64,000 bases of DNA from Thermodesulfobacteriota bacterium. GTDB taxonomy: Bacteria; Desulfobacterota; GWC2-55-46; JADFVP01. The notes beneath the pieces were generated by a model, which searched no databases, was not told the DNA's origin, and was given only the letters and a program-made list of their open reading frames with translations. Where the stretch lies: the NCBI GenBank assembly GCA_046753845.1, contig JBHHUP010000002.1, positions 11,061 through 75,060 of the forward strand, read 5' to 3'. The first letter of the stretch is position 1. Each line of letters opens with the position of its first letter. Position numbers and translations under genes: made by a program. Of this stretch, positions 38,255-47,389 are shown piece after piece.

Positions 38255-39449
38255 TGAGAAACGATTCAGTGTAGTCACCGCAGGCAGGCGCTCCGGGAAG
38301 ACCGAGCTTGCTAAGAGAAGGCTTGTTATGAGTCTGGCGGAGAGAAAAAGATGGAGCATCCCAAGGTACTTTGCCGCGGCACCGACAAGGGGGCAGGCTA
38401 AGAGGATTTTCTGGAACGATCTGAAGGCTCTTATCCCCTCAAAATGGGTGAAGAAGGTCTACGAGAGTGATCTGTGTATTAAGACGCGTTTTGGCAGTGA
38501 GCTCTGGGTTGTAGGACTTGACAGGCCCCAGAGGATTGAAGGCATTGCCTGGGATGGAGGTGTTCTTGATGAGTACGCTGATATGAGAGCCACGGTCTGG
38601 ACAGAAAATATAAGGCCCGCTCTCTCGGACAGGCAGGGATGGTGCTGGTTTATAGGGGTACCCGAGGGGTTTAATCATTTCAAGGACCTTGCTGATTATG
38701 CGCGTTCCGGGGTAGATCTTGACTGGGGTTTTTATAGGTGGAACTCCGGCGATATCCTGCCACGTGCCGAGATAGAGTCCGCCAAGAGGATGCTTGATCC
38801 GAAGACATTTCGCCAGGAGTATGAGGCGAGTTTTGAGGGTGCTACGGAGAGGGTTTATTACGCATATCGATCAGAGAGGCATATGGATAGCCATATAAGG
38901 CTGGAGCCGAATCTGCCTATAATTGTCTGCTGTGACTTTAATGTGGACCCCTGCGTATGGATACTTGCCCAGACAGACGGGAGAAGGGTTTTCGTCTTTG
39001 ACGAGATAGTTCTTCATAACACAAATACCGTTGAGATGGGCCGCGAGTTCTTAAAGAGATACGGTAAGCATGGCGCCGGAGTGGTGGTTTATGGAGATTC
39101 CGCCGGCTCGGCAAGGAGCACCACCGGTAAGACGGATTATGTGCTCTTAACTGAGCTTGGTTTTAAGACGCAGAGGATAAAACGCAGGAATCCTCCCGTC
39201 AAAGACAGAATAAATGCCGTTAATAGTATGCTTGAGAACACGAAGGATGAGTTCAGGCTTTTTCATCACCCGCAGTGCGTAAACCTTAAGAAAGATTTTG
39301 AGAGCGTAGTATGGACTGAGGGCGGTGTGGATATAGATAAGACAAATCCCGAGAGGACACATGCTACAGACGCCCTGGGATATTTTATTGAGTATGATTT
39401 TCCCCTGAGGAGTAATAGATTCGATCCATCGAGAAGGTTTTATAAATAA
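38115..39449 (+). CDS. terminase large subunit
   Basis: Walker A in the context RFSVVTAGRRSGKTE, Walker B-like VLDEYAD, and a C-terminal nuclease-like region (CCDFNVDP...HATDALGY). GTG at 38115 has an AGGAG RBS. ATG at 38181 is the alternative start. Confidence 0.85.
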   Translation: MSWSRGKDRPGVLTSSRANSDAMIRRSLSKRWHPLRYHREQIRLWTDEKRFSVVTAGRRSGKTELAKRRLVMSLAERKRWSIPRYFAAAPTRGQAKRIFWNDLKALIPSKWVKKVYESDLCIKTRFGSELWVVGLDRPQRIEGIAWDGGVLDEYADMRATVWTENIRPALSDRQGWCWFIGVPEGFNHFKDLADYARSGVDLDWGFYRWNSGDILPRAEIESAKRMLDPKTFRQEYEASFEGATERVYYAYRSERHMDSHIRLEPNLPIIVCCDFNVDPCVWILAQTDGRRVFVFDEIVLHNTNTVEMGREFLKRYGKHGAGVVVYGDSAGSARSTTGKTDYVLLTELGFKTQRIKRRNPPVKDRINAVNSMLENTKDEFRLFHHPQCVNLKKDFESVVWTEGGVDIDKTNPERTHATDALGYFIEYDFPLRSNRFDPSRRFYK

Positions 39450-39500
39450 GACGGCGCCAGTGGAACAAGTGAAGGTAAACAAACAAAAAAAGAGGTTACG

Positions 39501-40913
39501 GTGACATTAGAAGAGCTTGAGAAAACACATCCTCATTATGATGCATGGGTAAAAGAGTGGATATTCTATATAAGGTCCTACCTTGGTGGAACCCTTTACA
39601 AGAAGGCAGACTATTTACTGCAGCATCCTTTTGAGAGCGCCACTAACTACCGGCGCCGCAAAGAGATTGCATATTATTATAATTACTGCGGCCCAATTGT
39701 GGACATCTTCGTGTCTCATCTGTACAGAAAGAGCGCAAGCAGGGATTACGGCTCTCTTGCGGCGGACCCTCTCTTTAAATCATTTCTCAAGGATGCGGAC
39801 CACGAGGGCTCAAATTTTTCTCAGTTCATGCGCGACGCGCAGAGGTTCGCCTCTGTTTACGGCAGGGTTTCTATTCTTGTGGACAGCCCTGAAAACAACG
39901 CCATGACAAGGGCCGAGGCTATTAGCGAGGACATTCGTCCTTATGTGAGTCTTATAACCCCGGAGAACCTTTTGGATTGGACATTTACCAGGTTGCCCTC
40001 AGGTAAACCCGTACTTGAGAGGGTGAAGATTCGTGTGGATGAAAATACTTATCGTATCTGGACAAGGGAGTTATGGGAGTTATGGGAGGTGGAAAGAGAG
40101 AGCGGAGAGGTGCGGCTGCGTGGTTTTGGGGAGCACGGCCTTGGTGTTGTTCCTCTGGTGACGCTTTACAATAAGAGAAGCGGCATAAAGATGGTGGGCA
40201 GCTCGGACCTGCAGGACATAGCTGATATTAATAAGAATATTTATTACCTCTGCAGCGATGCAAAGGAGATTATTGAGAATACGGCTTTTCCAATGCTGGC
40301 CATGCCTTACTCCAAGGCAGGCGGTGATGATGAGAGGGAGATAGGGCCGAGGAATATTCTTCAGTATGATCCCTCAGAACCAAACGCAAAACCATACTGG
40401 CTCGAGCCGCCCCATTCTTCTCTAACGGAGATACGCGAGTGGGTGAGGCAGGACATCGCCGAGATACACAGAATTGCAAAGCTTGGCGGAGTAAAGTCAT
40501 CAGAGGATTTTGCTCATGTCAGGTCTGGTGTGGCTCTTGAACTTGAATATCAGCAGCTCTATGCAACACTTGCCGAGAAGGCCGACAATATAGAGCAGGC
40601 CGAGTCCACAGTACTTGACCTATGGGCAAGGTGGTCGGGGAGCCGTTTTGATGGGCTTATTGATTATCCTGATGATTTTTCTGTACGTGATATGGCAAAG
40701 GATCTTGATAATGCCATTAAGGCTCAGTCAGCGGTAGTTGATTCAAAGACTTTTCGTAAAGAGCTGCAGAAAAAGATAGTCACAACAATATTACCGAAGA
40801 TGGATGAGAGACTTAAAGCCAGGATCAAGGGTGAGATAGAAGAAGGTGTTGAGACAGGTGATGATAGGTCGGCAGTATCCCCCGGAGAGGAAAAAGGAGG
40901 GAATAGTGAGTAA
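39501..40913 (+). CDS. portal protein (DUF4055-like)
   Basis: 470 aa ORF directly after the terminase. The N-terminal pattern YKKADYLLQHPFES...RRRKEIAYYYNYCGPIVDIFVSHLY recalls the DUF4055 portal family. Acidic C-terminus. Confidence 0.7.
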   Translation: MTLEELEKTHPHYDAWVKEWIFYIRSYLGGTLYKKADYLLQHPFESATNYRRRKEIAYYYNYCGPIVDIFVSHLYRKSASRDYGSLAADPLFKSFLKDADHEGSNFSQFMRDAQRFASVYGRVSILVDSPENNAMTRAEAISEDIRPYVSLITPENLLDWTFTRLPSGKPVLERVKIRVDENTYRIWTRELWELWEVERESGEVRLRGFGEHGLGVVPLVTLYNKRSGIKMVGSSDLQDIADINKNIYYLCSDAKEIIENTAFPMLAMPYSKAGGDDEREIGPRNILQYDPSEPNAKPYWLEPPHSSLTEIREWVRQDIAEIHRIAKLGGVKSSEDFAHVRSGVALELEYQQLYATLAEKADNIEQAESTVLDLWARWSGSRFDGLIDYPDDFSVRDMAKDLDNAIKAQSAVVDSKTFRKELQKKIVTTILPKMDERLKARIKGEIEEGVETGDDRSAVSPGEEKGGNSE

Positions 40914-41175
40914 CAGTTACCTTGACAAAGAAGCTTTTAGTACCGCAAAGAAACTTTGTATGGGTTATGGGATTAGTTTTCCCGAGGCCTACAAGATTAC
41001 CAGTAGTATCTGGGAAGAGGCCCGCAGGGCCATACTGACCTCCGTTGATAAAGAGGACTGGCAAAAACTATCTTTTAGCGATAAGTCCCATGTTTGTCAG
41101 AGGGTTGTCAGGGCGTTAATGGACAAGAAGAAGACGCTTGATTTTGTAAGCGGGGCAACGAATACGTTGCTGTAG
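40906..41175 (+). CDS. hypothetical phage protein
   Basis: GTG at 40906 with an AGGAGG RBS 7 nt upstream. It overlaps the portal stop. Confidence 0.5.
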   Translation: MSNSYLDKEAFSTAKKLCMGYGISFPEAYKITSSIWEEARRAILTSVDKEDWQKLSFSDKSHVCQRVVRALMDKKKTLDFVSGATNTLL

Positions 41176-41286
41176 TTTGCCCGTATCGCGCGTTTAACCC
41201 CGAGACGCGGCAGGTTGCCCTTCAGGCAGGGCTGGTCACTTTTGTATTGACCTTTTAACGGGGGATAAATCACAGGAGGATTACTA

Positions 41287-41964
41287 ATGCAGAGTAGTGA
41301 GTTCAAGACGCCGGAAAAGAGTAATGGCCATGGTAATGAATCTGAGAGCACATCCGGAAGGGTTGCCTTTAGCAGCGAGCAGCAGGCCCGGGTGCAGGAG
41401 CTCATTGACGAATCATATAGAAAGGCCTTTGCCAAGGCCCAGAGGACACGTTCATCAAGTGAGGACGTGGAGGGGCTGCGTCGTGAGATAGCCGGACTTA
41501 AGGAGGAGAAAAAAAAGCTTGCACTCCTTAAGGCCGTATCGAAGTACAACGTCGTAGATGGTGAAGAGATAGTGAAACTCCTGGATGACAGGGTGAGGAT
41601 GGATGAAGAGGGCCATGTCACCGTTGTAAATTCTTCGGGATCCGCGAAGATAAACGACTCGGGATATCCTGTTGAGATGGATGACTTTATCTCTCAGTGG
41701 TTAAGCGACAGGCCTCATCATTTAAGATCAGCAAGCGGTGCTGGAGCAGGCTCACACGGCTCCGGTTTTACTCATGGCAGCATTGGCGGCCATAGCCTTG
41801 GTGATCCATCATCGTGGAGTTCCATGCCTCGCGAAGATCTTGACAGATATCTGCGTGAGGGTATCAACGTACATGGCTCTGCCGGACAGGTATACAGGTT
41901 CAGGGACGTTAAGAATCCATTTCTGGATGCAAGAAAGAAGCGTTTCAGTTCTGTAGAAAGGTAG
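41287..41964 (+). CDS. scaffolding protein (putative)
   Basis: AGGAGG RBS. Charged, coiled-coil-like sequence (EDVEGLRREIAGLKEEKKKLALLKA). It lies between the portal and capsid genes. Confidence 0.6.
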   Translation: MQSSEFKTPEKSNGHGNESESTSGRVAFSSEQQARVQELIDESYRKAFAKAQRTRSSSEDVEGLRREIAGLKEEKKKLALLKAVSKYNVVDGEEIVKLLDDRVRMDEEGHVTVVNSSGSAKINDSGYPVEMDDFISQWLSDRPHHLRSASGAGAGSHGSGFTHGSIGGHSLGDPSSWSSMPREDLDRYLREGINVHGSAGQVYRFRDVKNPFLDARKKRFSSVER

Positions 41965-42035
41965 CCTTACGGCGGGTTACTAATCACATATTTGTGAAGT
42001 TTTTTAAGTTTTATTTTTTTTAAGGAGGTTTTCTA

Positions 42036-42899
42036 ATGGCAAACGAAGTAACTTCGGCCGCTCTAAGCGCCGGTGAGTTAATAGCCGCAGAGATAGTATC
42101 TCGTCTTGTAATAGACGCGGCTTATGCCGAATCCGTGATGCCGCCCCTTGTAAGGCTGGCGGATATAAGCGGAGACAGCACCCTTACCGTTGATTTTCCT
42201 AAATGGCCTATGCTTGCGGCCGCTGACCTTACAGAGGCCACGGACATGAGCAACACGGCTGTTAACACCACTTCTACGAGCATTACCGCTGATGAGGCCG
42301 GGATAATGATAACGGTAACAGATATGCTTCTTAACAGCTCTGTCCTTGGAGGTCTTGAGCCATACGCGGCGGAGCTTGGTAAATCACTTGCCAGTAAGAT
42401 TGACGGTGATCTGCTCTTCGCTGTATCAAGTTTTACCAACACTGTTGGTACTACCGGGGTAGGTATTACGGAGACTAATTTTCTTGAGGCACTTTACACA
42501 ATGGAGTTAGGTAATGCCACAGGACCTTTTGTATCGGTTCTTCATCCCAAGCAGGTTCATGATCTGCGGCTTGCCCTTGCGGCAACTACAGGTGCTGTCT
42601 GGGGAGGAGCTTCTGCTCCTGCCAGCGATATCGGCGCCATGGCGAGCCTTTATGGTGTGGATATTTTCCAGTCCACAAACTGCGCTTCTGTTAACGTCAA
42701 TGTTGACAGACAGGGTGTGATGATGCCCATGGGCAATCAGTCAGGGCTGGCCTTTGTATTGAAGACGGGGGCCAAGACAGAGCTGCAGAGAGACGCATCG
42801 CTTCGCGCTACAGAGGTTGTCGTAACGGCCGTGTACGGTCACGGCTGCGTCAATCCTGATGCCGGCGGCGGAGTAAAGATAATAACGGCTCACGAGTAA
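42036..42899 (+). CDS. major capsid protein
   Basis: Strong AAGGAGG RBS. 287 aa, Ala/Thr/Val-rich, with no Cys-rich or TM features, positioned after the scaffold gene. A GC hairpin follows the stop codon. Confidence 0.72.
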   Translation: MANEVTSAALSAGELIAAEIVSRLVIDAAYAESVMPPLVRLADISGDSTLTVDFPKWPMLAAADLTEATDMSNTAVNTTSTSITADEAGIMITVTDMLLNSSVLGGLEPYAAELGKSLASKIDGDLLFAVSSFTNTVGTTGVGITETNFLEALYTMELGNATGPFVSVLHPKQVHDLRLALAATTGAVWGGASAPASDIGAMASLYGVDIFQSTNCASVNVNVDRQGVMMPMGNQSGLAFVLKTGAKTELQRDASLRATEVVVTAVYGHGCVNPDAGGGVKIITAHE

Positions 42900-42969
42900 G
42901 AGATCCTTACTCTGGTCAAGTGGCGAGGGGCCAAAAGCCCCTCCCACATATTTACAGGGGGATTTAGGT

Positions 42970-43464
42970 ATGACCGCAAAGAGAGTACGGCCGGTTAAGG
43001 AGGGTTTTTATTCACTTGCCTCGGATGTAAGGGGAGGTATTGCGTGGCAGGGTGAGTTACTGCGGGATTTTTGGATGTGGAATAAACAGTTTACAGAGTA
43101 CGGCGGAGGAGTGCGTCTTATTCAGACTGTAAAAGTAACGGATTTAAAAGAGGCCGCTATAAGGTATTGGCGGGATAAGTGGGTTCCTCTTCACACGCCT
43201 GACGAAGATCTTTTATTACGTATGGAAGAGAGCCTGAGAGCGCATCAGGGGTTAAAGGACGCAGGGATAGCTTTTCCAGTGACTAGTTTTTTGCAGCCAA
43301 CGGATCCTATACCTGAAGAGCTTATGGGAGCCGAGGTAAGAAGACATCTGGGGCTTGCGAAAGTGAAAAGGAAGAGACTTGTTCCAAAGGTTAAACTAAA
43401 CAAAAAGGCTATCCAGGCCTTTAAAGAGTCCAAGGGGGTAGTAAATGGCAACGTGGTTTTTTAG
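42970..43464 (+). CDS. hypothetical phage protein
   Basis: 164 aa with a GGGGGA RBS, on the same strand as the module. Confidence 0.5.
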   Translation: MTAKRVRPVKEGFYSLASDVRGGIAWQGELLRDFWMWNKQFTEYGGGVRLIQTVKVTDLKEAAIRYWRDKWVPLHTPDEDLLLRMEESLRAHQGLKDAGIAFPVTSFLQPTDPIPEELMGAEVRRHLGLAKVKRKRLVPKVKLNKKAIQAFKESKGVVNGNVVF

Positions 43465-43624
43465 CGGAACTTTTATGAAAGACGGCACCCCTATTACAAT
43501 AGAGGCACGTAGTGAGTCTGAGCTGAATGAGTGTGTGAGTAAGGGGCTTGTGCCGGTTGAGAAGCAGAGTAGAAAGAAATCATCGGTGGGAGCAAAGATA
43601 CCGGCAAGATCAAGAAAGAAGTAA
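43445..43624 (+). CDS. small hypothetical protein (59 aa, below track cutoff)
   Basis: ATG with an AAGGGGG RBS 6 nt upstream. I verified the reading frame codon by codon. It overlaps the upstream gene by 20 nt and has a basic C-terminus. Confidence 0.4.
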   Translation: MATWFFSGTFMKDGTPITIEARSESELNECVSKGLVPVEKQSRKKSSVGAKIPARSRKK

Positions 43625-43667
43625 TACGTTACTGGTCCCTGACGGGAGAAATGTGGGGGGTTGAATA

Positions 43668-43826
43668 TTGAGAGAGAAAAAGGCCGTAGAGAGGGTTATC
43701 TCGCGTATGTGCAGGCATGTTGAGCGCTGTAAGGGAAGGGCCCCGGAAGGAAAGGACCTTAGAGAGATTGAGAGAAAGGTGCGAGACGGGGCCATGCATG
43801 CGGCTAAGAGAAAGAAAGATGCATAG
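43668..43826 (+). CDS. small basic hypothetical protein (52 aa, below track cutoff)
   Basis: TTG start 7 nt after a G6 run. Lys/Arg-rich. Weak evidence. Confidence 0.25.
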   Translation: MREKKAVERVISRMCRHVERCKGRAPEGKDLREIERKVRDGAMHAAKRKKDA

Positions 43827-43970
43827 ATTGTAATTATAAAAAAGCAAGGGTGATAAAACGATAAGTTCATCGAATCAGCAGATGAGTTACCTCGTTGAAA
43901 TGGCCTTCCGATCGCTATATGTGAGATTGAAAGGGTCTTGCAGAACACATAACCCGGAGGAGAAAAACAC

Positions 43971-44363
43971 ATGTCATTTTCAGATTATCTTGAGCTTAAA
44001 GTGCTTGATCATGTTTTTGGAAAGGCGGCTTATACAATGCCAACCGCATATGTCGGCCTCTCAACGGCAGACCCGCTCGACACCGGAGCTGGACTTGCAG
44101 AGCCCACTGGCGGAGCCTACGCCCGTGTAACTACTTCAGCGATTGACTGGAATGCGGCTGCGGCTGGCTCTATCAGTAACGCTAACGCTCTTACCTTTCC
44201 TCAGGCAACGGCCTCATGGGGAACTGTTACACATTTTGCAGTATTTGATGCGCTAACGGCAGGCAACCTCTTGGCCTCGGGTGCATTGACAGTTTCTAAG
44301 GCGGTAGGTAACGGCGATACCGTTAAATTCGATGTGGGTCAGCTTTCTGCCACTTTGGATTAG
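43971..44363 (+). CDS. conserved small phage surface-type protein (family with N-terminal YLExKxLDHxFG motif)
   Basis: GGAGGAG RBS. The sequence SDYLELKVLDHVFG...GGAYARV...WGTVTHFAVFDA...GNLL matches a family I recall as widespread in phages and prophages, without an agreed function. Confidence 0.6.
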   Translation: MSFSDYLELKVLDHVFGKAAYTMPTAYVGLSTADPLDTGAGLAEPTGGAYARVTTSAIDWNAAAAGSISNANALTFPQATASWGTVTHFAVFDALTAGNLLASGALTVSKAVGNGDTVKFDVGQLSATLD

Positions 44364-44422
44364 AGTTCCTTGCATATATCGTAGAACGTTCAAAATGTAA
44401 CGCAAGATAGATAGGGGTAAGA

Positions 44423-45928
44423 ATGGGCTGGGTTACTGGATACGAATACAGGCAGAAAATTACGATTGCGGCTGAGACTCATATTTCAGCTGATTTAACG
44501 GATCTTTCTGTTGTTATTAACGTCCCTTCATCTAACACAAACTTCTGGATTAATGAAGATGGTGTGGGGACGTATCTGCGTTTTGCCCTTCTTGATGGGA
44601 CGCTGCTTAAATTTCAGGTGGAATCCTATGATGCCGTTGGTAAGGATGCCTGGTTTCACGTCAAGATCCCTACGCTCTCAGCTACAGTCGGGACTGATAT
44701 ATATATCTACTACGGCGGTGGTAGCGTAGCAGGTGATGATAAAATCAATACATGGGATCCCAATTATGTTGCCGTTTATCACTTCAATCAAGACCAAGCT
44801 GAAGGGGCCTTCGATGACGCAACTGGTAGCTATCCTGCCACAAACTATAGCTCTACGGATGCTCCCAGTGATATCGATAGAGGCAGACGGCTTGCAGGAG
44901 GCTCTCAGTTTATAGATTGCGGAGTTATAACAGAATTAAGCGGTGCTACTAACGTTACGCTTGAAGGTGTTTTGCAAAGAGATGGTAGCCCTAATTACGG
45001 GCTTATGGTGAAAAGAAATTCGGATGCAAGCCACCGTTTCGGGTTATTTGATCTCGGTACAGTATATGTATTGGTTGCAAATGGGGCAAATACATATGGT
45101 TCGGTAGCTGTAAGTGGCGCCAAACACCACTATATAATGGCCTATGATGGTGCCGGCGCTACCGATGCCGATAAGCTGAAGTTATATGTTGATGGTATTT
45201 TGCAGTCCCTGGCCTTTGTCGGGCCCATTCCGGCATCCGCTGCTATCGATTCAAAGTCGTTTTTATTAGGCAGAGAAGAACCTACGAGTTACGGAGTCTC
45301 AATCTATGATGAGGTGACTATTTCCAAAGTTACACGATCTGCTGATTGGGCTGCAGCTCGTAATCAATCACGGCTCGGCACGTGGCTCTCCTTTGGCACT
45401 CAAGAATTGAAACCCCTTAAGGCGCTCTCTGGTACGGCCACGGTACTTAGTGCCATCGTAGGATCTTTCAATGTAGAAATAGGAACACAGGGAATAATTG
45501 CTTCGGCCACTTCTCTTGGTGCGGCGCTACTGGTCTTGAGGGACGTCATGGGAGATTTTAGCGCCGGTTCCAACTTAACGGGCGGCCTAATGGTTCAGCC
45601 CTTTAAGAAAATTTTTGGTGAGTTGAACACTTTATCGACCTTACTCGGCGGGCTTAGGATGGGCTATCGCTTAAGTGGTTCGTCCATCTCAGGCCTGCTC
45701 TTAAGCGGTGAGATTCGTGAGACCTTTTCCTGCGGCGGCTCTTTTGCAGGGCTCTCTTCCATGAGCGGCTTGCCCGTGTTTCTTGGGTCTTTTTCTCCCG
45801 CCACTCTGGCAAGGTCCCCAAGGATTGACATTACGAGATTTAGCGTAGGAGCACCCTCAACGGTGCAGACAGGTAATAGCAGTAATATAGTAACGAAAAC
45901 AACAAAAACCCCTGGGGTGACAAGATGA
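44423..45928 (+). CDS. DUF2341 plus LamG (concanavalin-like) domain protein with repetitive Gly/Ser/Leu C-terminus
   Basis: N-terminal YEYRQKITI...WFHVKIPTLS...IYIYYGG (DUF2341 pattern). It is followed by YVAVYHFNQD...KLKLYVDGIL (LamG pattern). The C-terminal 170 aa show degenerate repeats of about 20 aa. Confidence 0.7.
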   Translation: MGWVTGYEYRQKITIAAETHISADLTDLSVVINVPSSNTNFWINEDGVGTYLRFALLDGTLLKFQVESYDAVGKDAWFHVKIPTLSATVGTDIYIYYGGGSVAGDDKINTWDPNYVAVYHFNQDQAEGAFDDATGSYPATNYSSTDAPSDIDRGRRLAGGSQFIDCGVITELSGATNVTLEGVLQRDGSPNYGLMVKRNSDASHRFGLFDLGTVYVLVANGANTYGSVAVSGAKHHYIMAYDGAGATDADKLKLYVDGILQSLAFVGPIPASAAIDSKSFLLGREEPTSYGVSIYDEVTISKVTRSADWAAARNQSRLGTWLSFGTQELKPLKALSGTATVLSAIVGSFNVEIGTQGIIASATSLGAALLVLRDVMGDFSAGSNLTGGLMVQPFKKIFGELNTLSTLLGGLRMGYRLSGSSISGLLLSGEIRETFSCGGSFAGLSSMSGLPVFLGSFSPATLARSPRIDITRFSVGAPSTVQTGNSSNIVTKTTKTPGVTR

Positions 45929-46812
45929 AGCAGCAGTTCAAGGTTCATGCCGCGGAGGCCTTCCGCACATATGTTTTCGAGAATAATCGCCGTGCCGTGC
46001 CTTCTACGGCGCTCTTAACAATCTACCGGCCCGGATCAGCGGTTAAGCTTGTAGACGCCGCGTCTATGACAGTATCTGTGGATGGTCTTTTATCCTATTC
46101 TCTAAGCGCAGCAGAGAACTCAGAGGCTGGCTCCAACTACAAGGCGGAGATAACATATCAGCTTGGCACGGAGACATTCTACGCCACGCTCTTTTACGAT
46201 GTTGTTAAGAGCAAACTTTTAAAGGTTATTACAGATGAGGACATAATAAACGAGCTCCCACAGTTAAAGGATAACGGCTGGCGTATAAGCGGTACGGCCA
46301 AGGGCGGCTCCACTTCCACAATAACGGATAGTGAATTGTCCCGTTATCCTGATGAGTATTTTACCGGCGGGTTTGCCACTTCTCTTGATAAGGCGGAGAC
46401 ACGGGAGATAACCTCCTTTGATTCCGCAACAGGCACGGTTACAGCCAAGGCCTTTTCTTCGGCAGTAGTGAGCGGCGAGAAATATTTTCTCCGGCGTTCC
46501 TTTGGCCGGGAAATTCAAAGGGCTTTTGAGAAGATGGAAGAGAAGATAATCCGTCTTGGCAAGAGGCCTGAGCTGATTCTCGACTCCGTAGATTTACGAG
46601 AGGTCCATATATATTTATCCGTCGCCGAGGTCTGCAAGGGGTTTGTTACGGAGAAAGAGACCTTCTGGTGGGATATATGGAAGGACTATGAGAGCCGGGC
46701 CGAAAAAACTTTTGAGGGTCTGCGGTTTAAGTACGATGCCTCAGGCGACGGCTACATAGCGGGTTCAGAGGCAGATACTCGTACTTACGTATCAAGGACG
46801 GTGAGAAGATGA
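45925..46812 (+). CDS. hypothetical phage structural protein (neck/adaptor region)
   Basis: ATGA overlap with the upstream gene. 295 aa. Confidence 0.55.
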   Translation: MKQQFKVHAAEAFRTYVFENNRRAVPSTALLTIYRPGSAVKLVDAASMTVSVDGLLSYSLSAAENSEAGSNYKAEITYQLGTETFYATLFYDVVKSKLLKVITDEDIINELPQLKDNGWRISGTAKGGSTSTITDSELSRYPDEYFTGGFATSLDKAETREITSFDSATGTVTAKAFSSAVVSGEKYFLRRSFGREIQRAFEKMEEKIIRLGKRPELILDSVDLREVHIYLSVAEVCKGFVTEKETFWWDIWKDYESRAEKTFEGLRFKYDASGDGYIAGSEADTRTYVSRTVRR

Positions 46813-46881
46813 GAATTGTTATACGAGCGGTATCCCAGCAGATTAGTTTTGTTTTCTGTCAGTATCAAGAGGGGGGTAACG

Positions 46882-47307
46882 GTGAATAATACTGAGACCC
46901 TTAGGGCCATTACGGAAAACCTTAATACGATCCTTGAGACAGAGGGCCTGCACCTGGTAAGAGAGAACTATGAGAACGCGAAGAACGTACCGTCAAGTAT
47001 TTTTCCTTACGGGGTCATCTCATACGATGGAGAGACCTTTGAGTACACTCACGGACAGAGGCCCGGCTACAGTGATGTTGATTTTTCGGTGAAGGTGGTT
47101 TTGAGGAACAAAGATCTGCGGGCTATGACTGACGATGAGCAAAGATGGGCGCATAGGATAAGGAAGGTCCTTACAGTTAATGCTATTAACTCCGGGCTGA
47201 TATCTGCCACTTCGCCTGTAAGCAGGGTTATTACAAGGTCAGTTACAGTTGAGAAAGCCGGATATGTCTCAAGGCTTATTTATAGCCTGAGTATAAGATA
47301 CAGATAG
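46882..47307 (+). CDS. hypothetical phage structural protein (head-tail joining region)
   Basis: GTG at 46882 follows a GAGGGGGG RBS. The track start is TTG at 46816. Confidence 0.5.
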   Translation: MNNTETLRAITENLNTILETEGLHLVRENYENAKNVPSSIFPYGVISYDGETFEYTHGQRPGYSDVDFSVKVVLRNKDLRAMTDDEQRWAHRIRKVLTVNAINSGLISATSPVSRVITRSVTVEKAGYVSRLIYSLSIRYR

Positions 47308-47389
47308 GTGAGTAACATTGCGGGAATTGCGGATTATAAATATTAAAAATATCTGAAGATTTTACAAAAGCAAAAAGGAGATAGAGATC

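Noticed and set aside
42925-42943. GC hairpin (GAGGGGC-caaaa-GCCCCTC) after the capsid gene, as an intrinsic terminator
   Set aside because: No U-tract follows and the next gene is only 27 nt away. It could at most be a partial attenuator or an mRNA-stabilising stem, and I cannot decide this from sequence.
43610-43972. 120-aa minus-strand ORF inside the phage cluster (possible moron or antisense gene)
   Set aside because: It has a low-complexity Ser/Leu/Phe-rich translation, typical of the antisense of purine-rich sequence. There is no RBS, and its start codon overlaps the ATG of + strand gene 43971. Every supported gene in the cluster is on the + strand.
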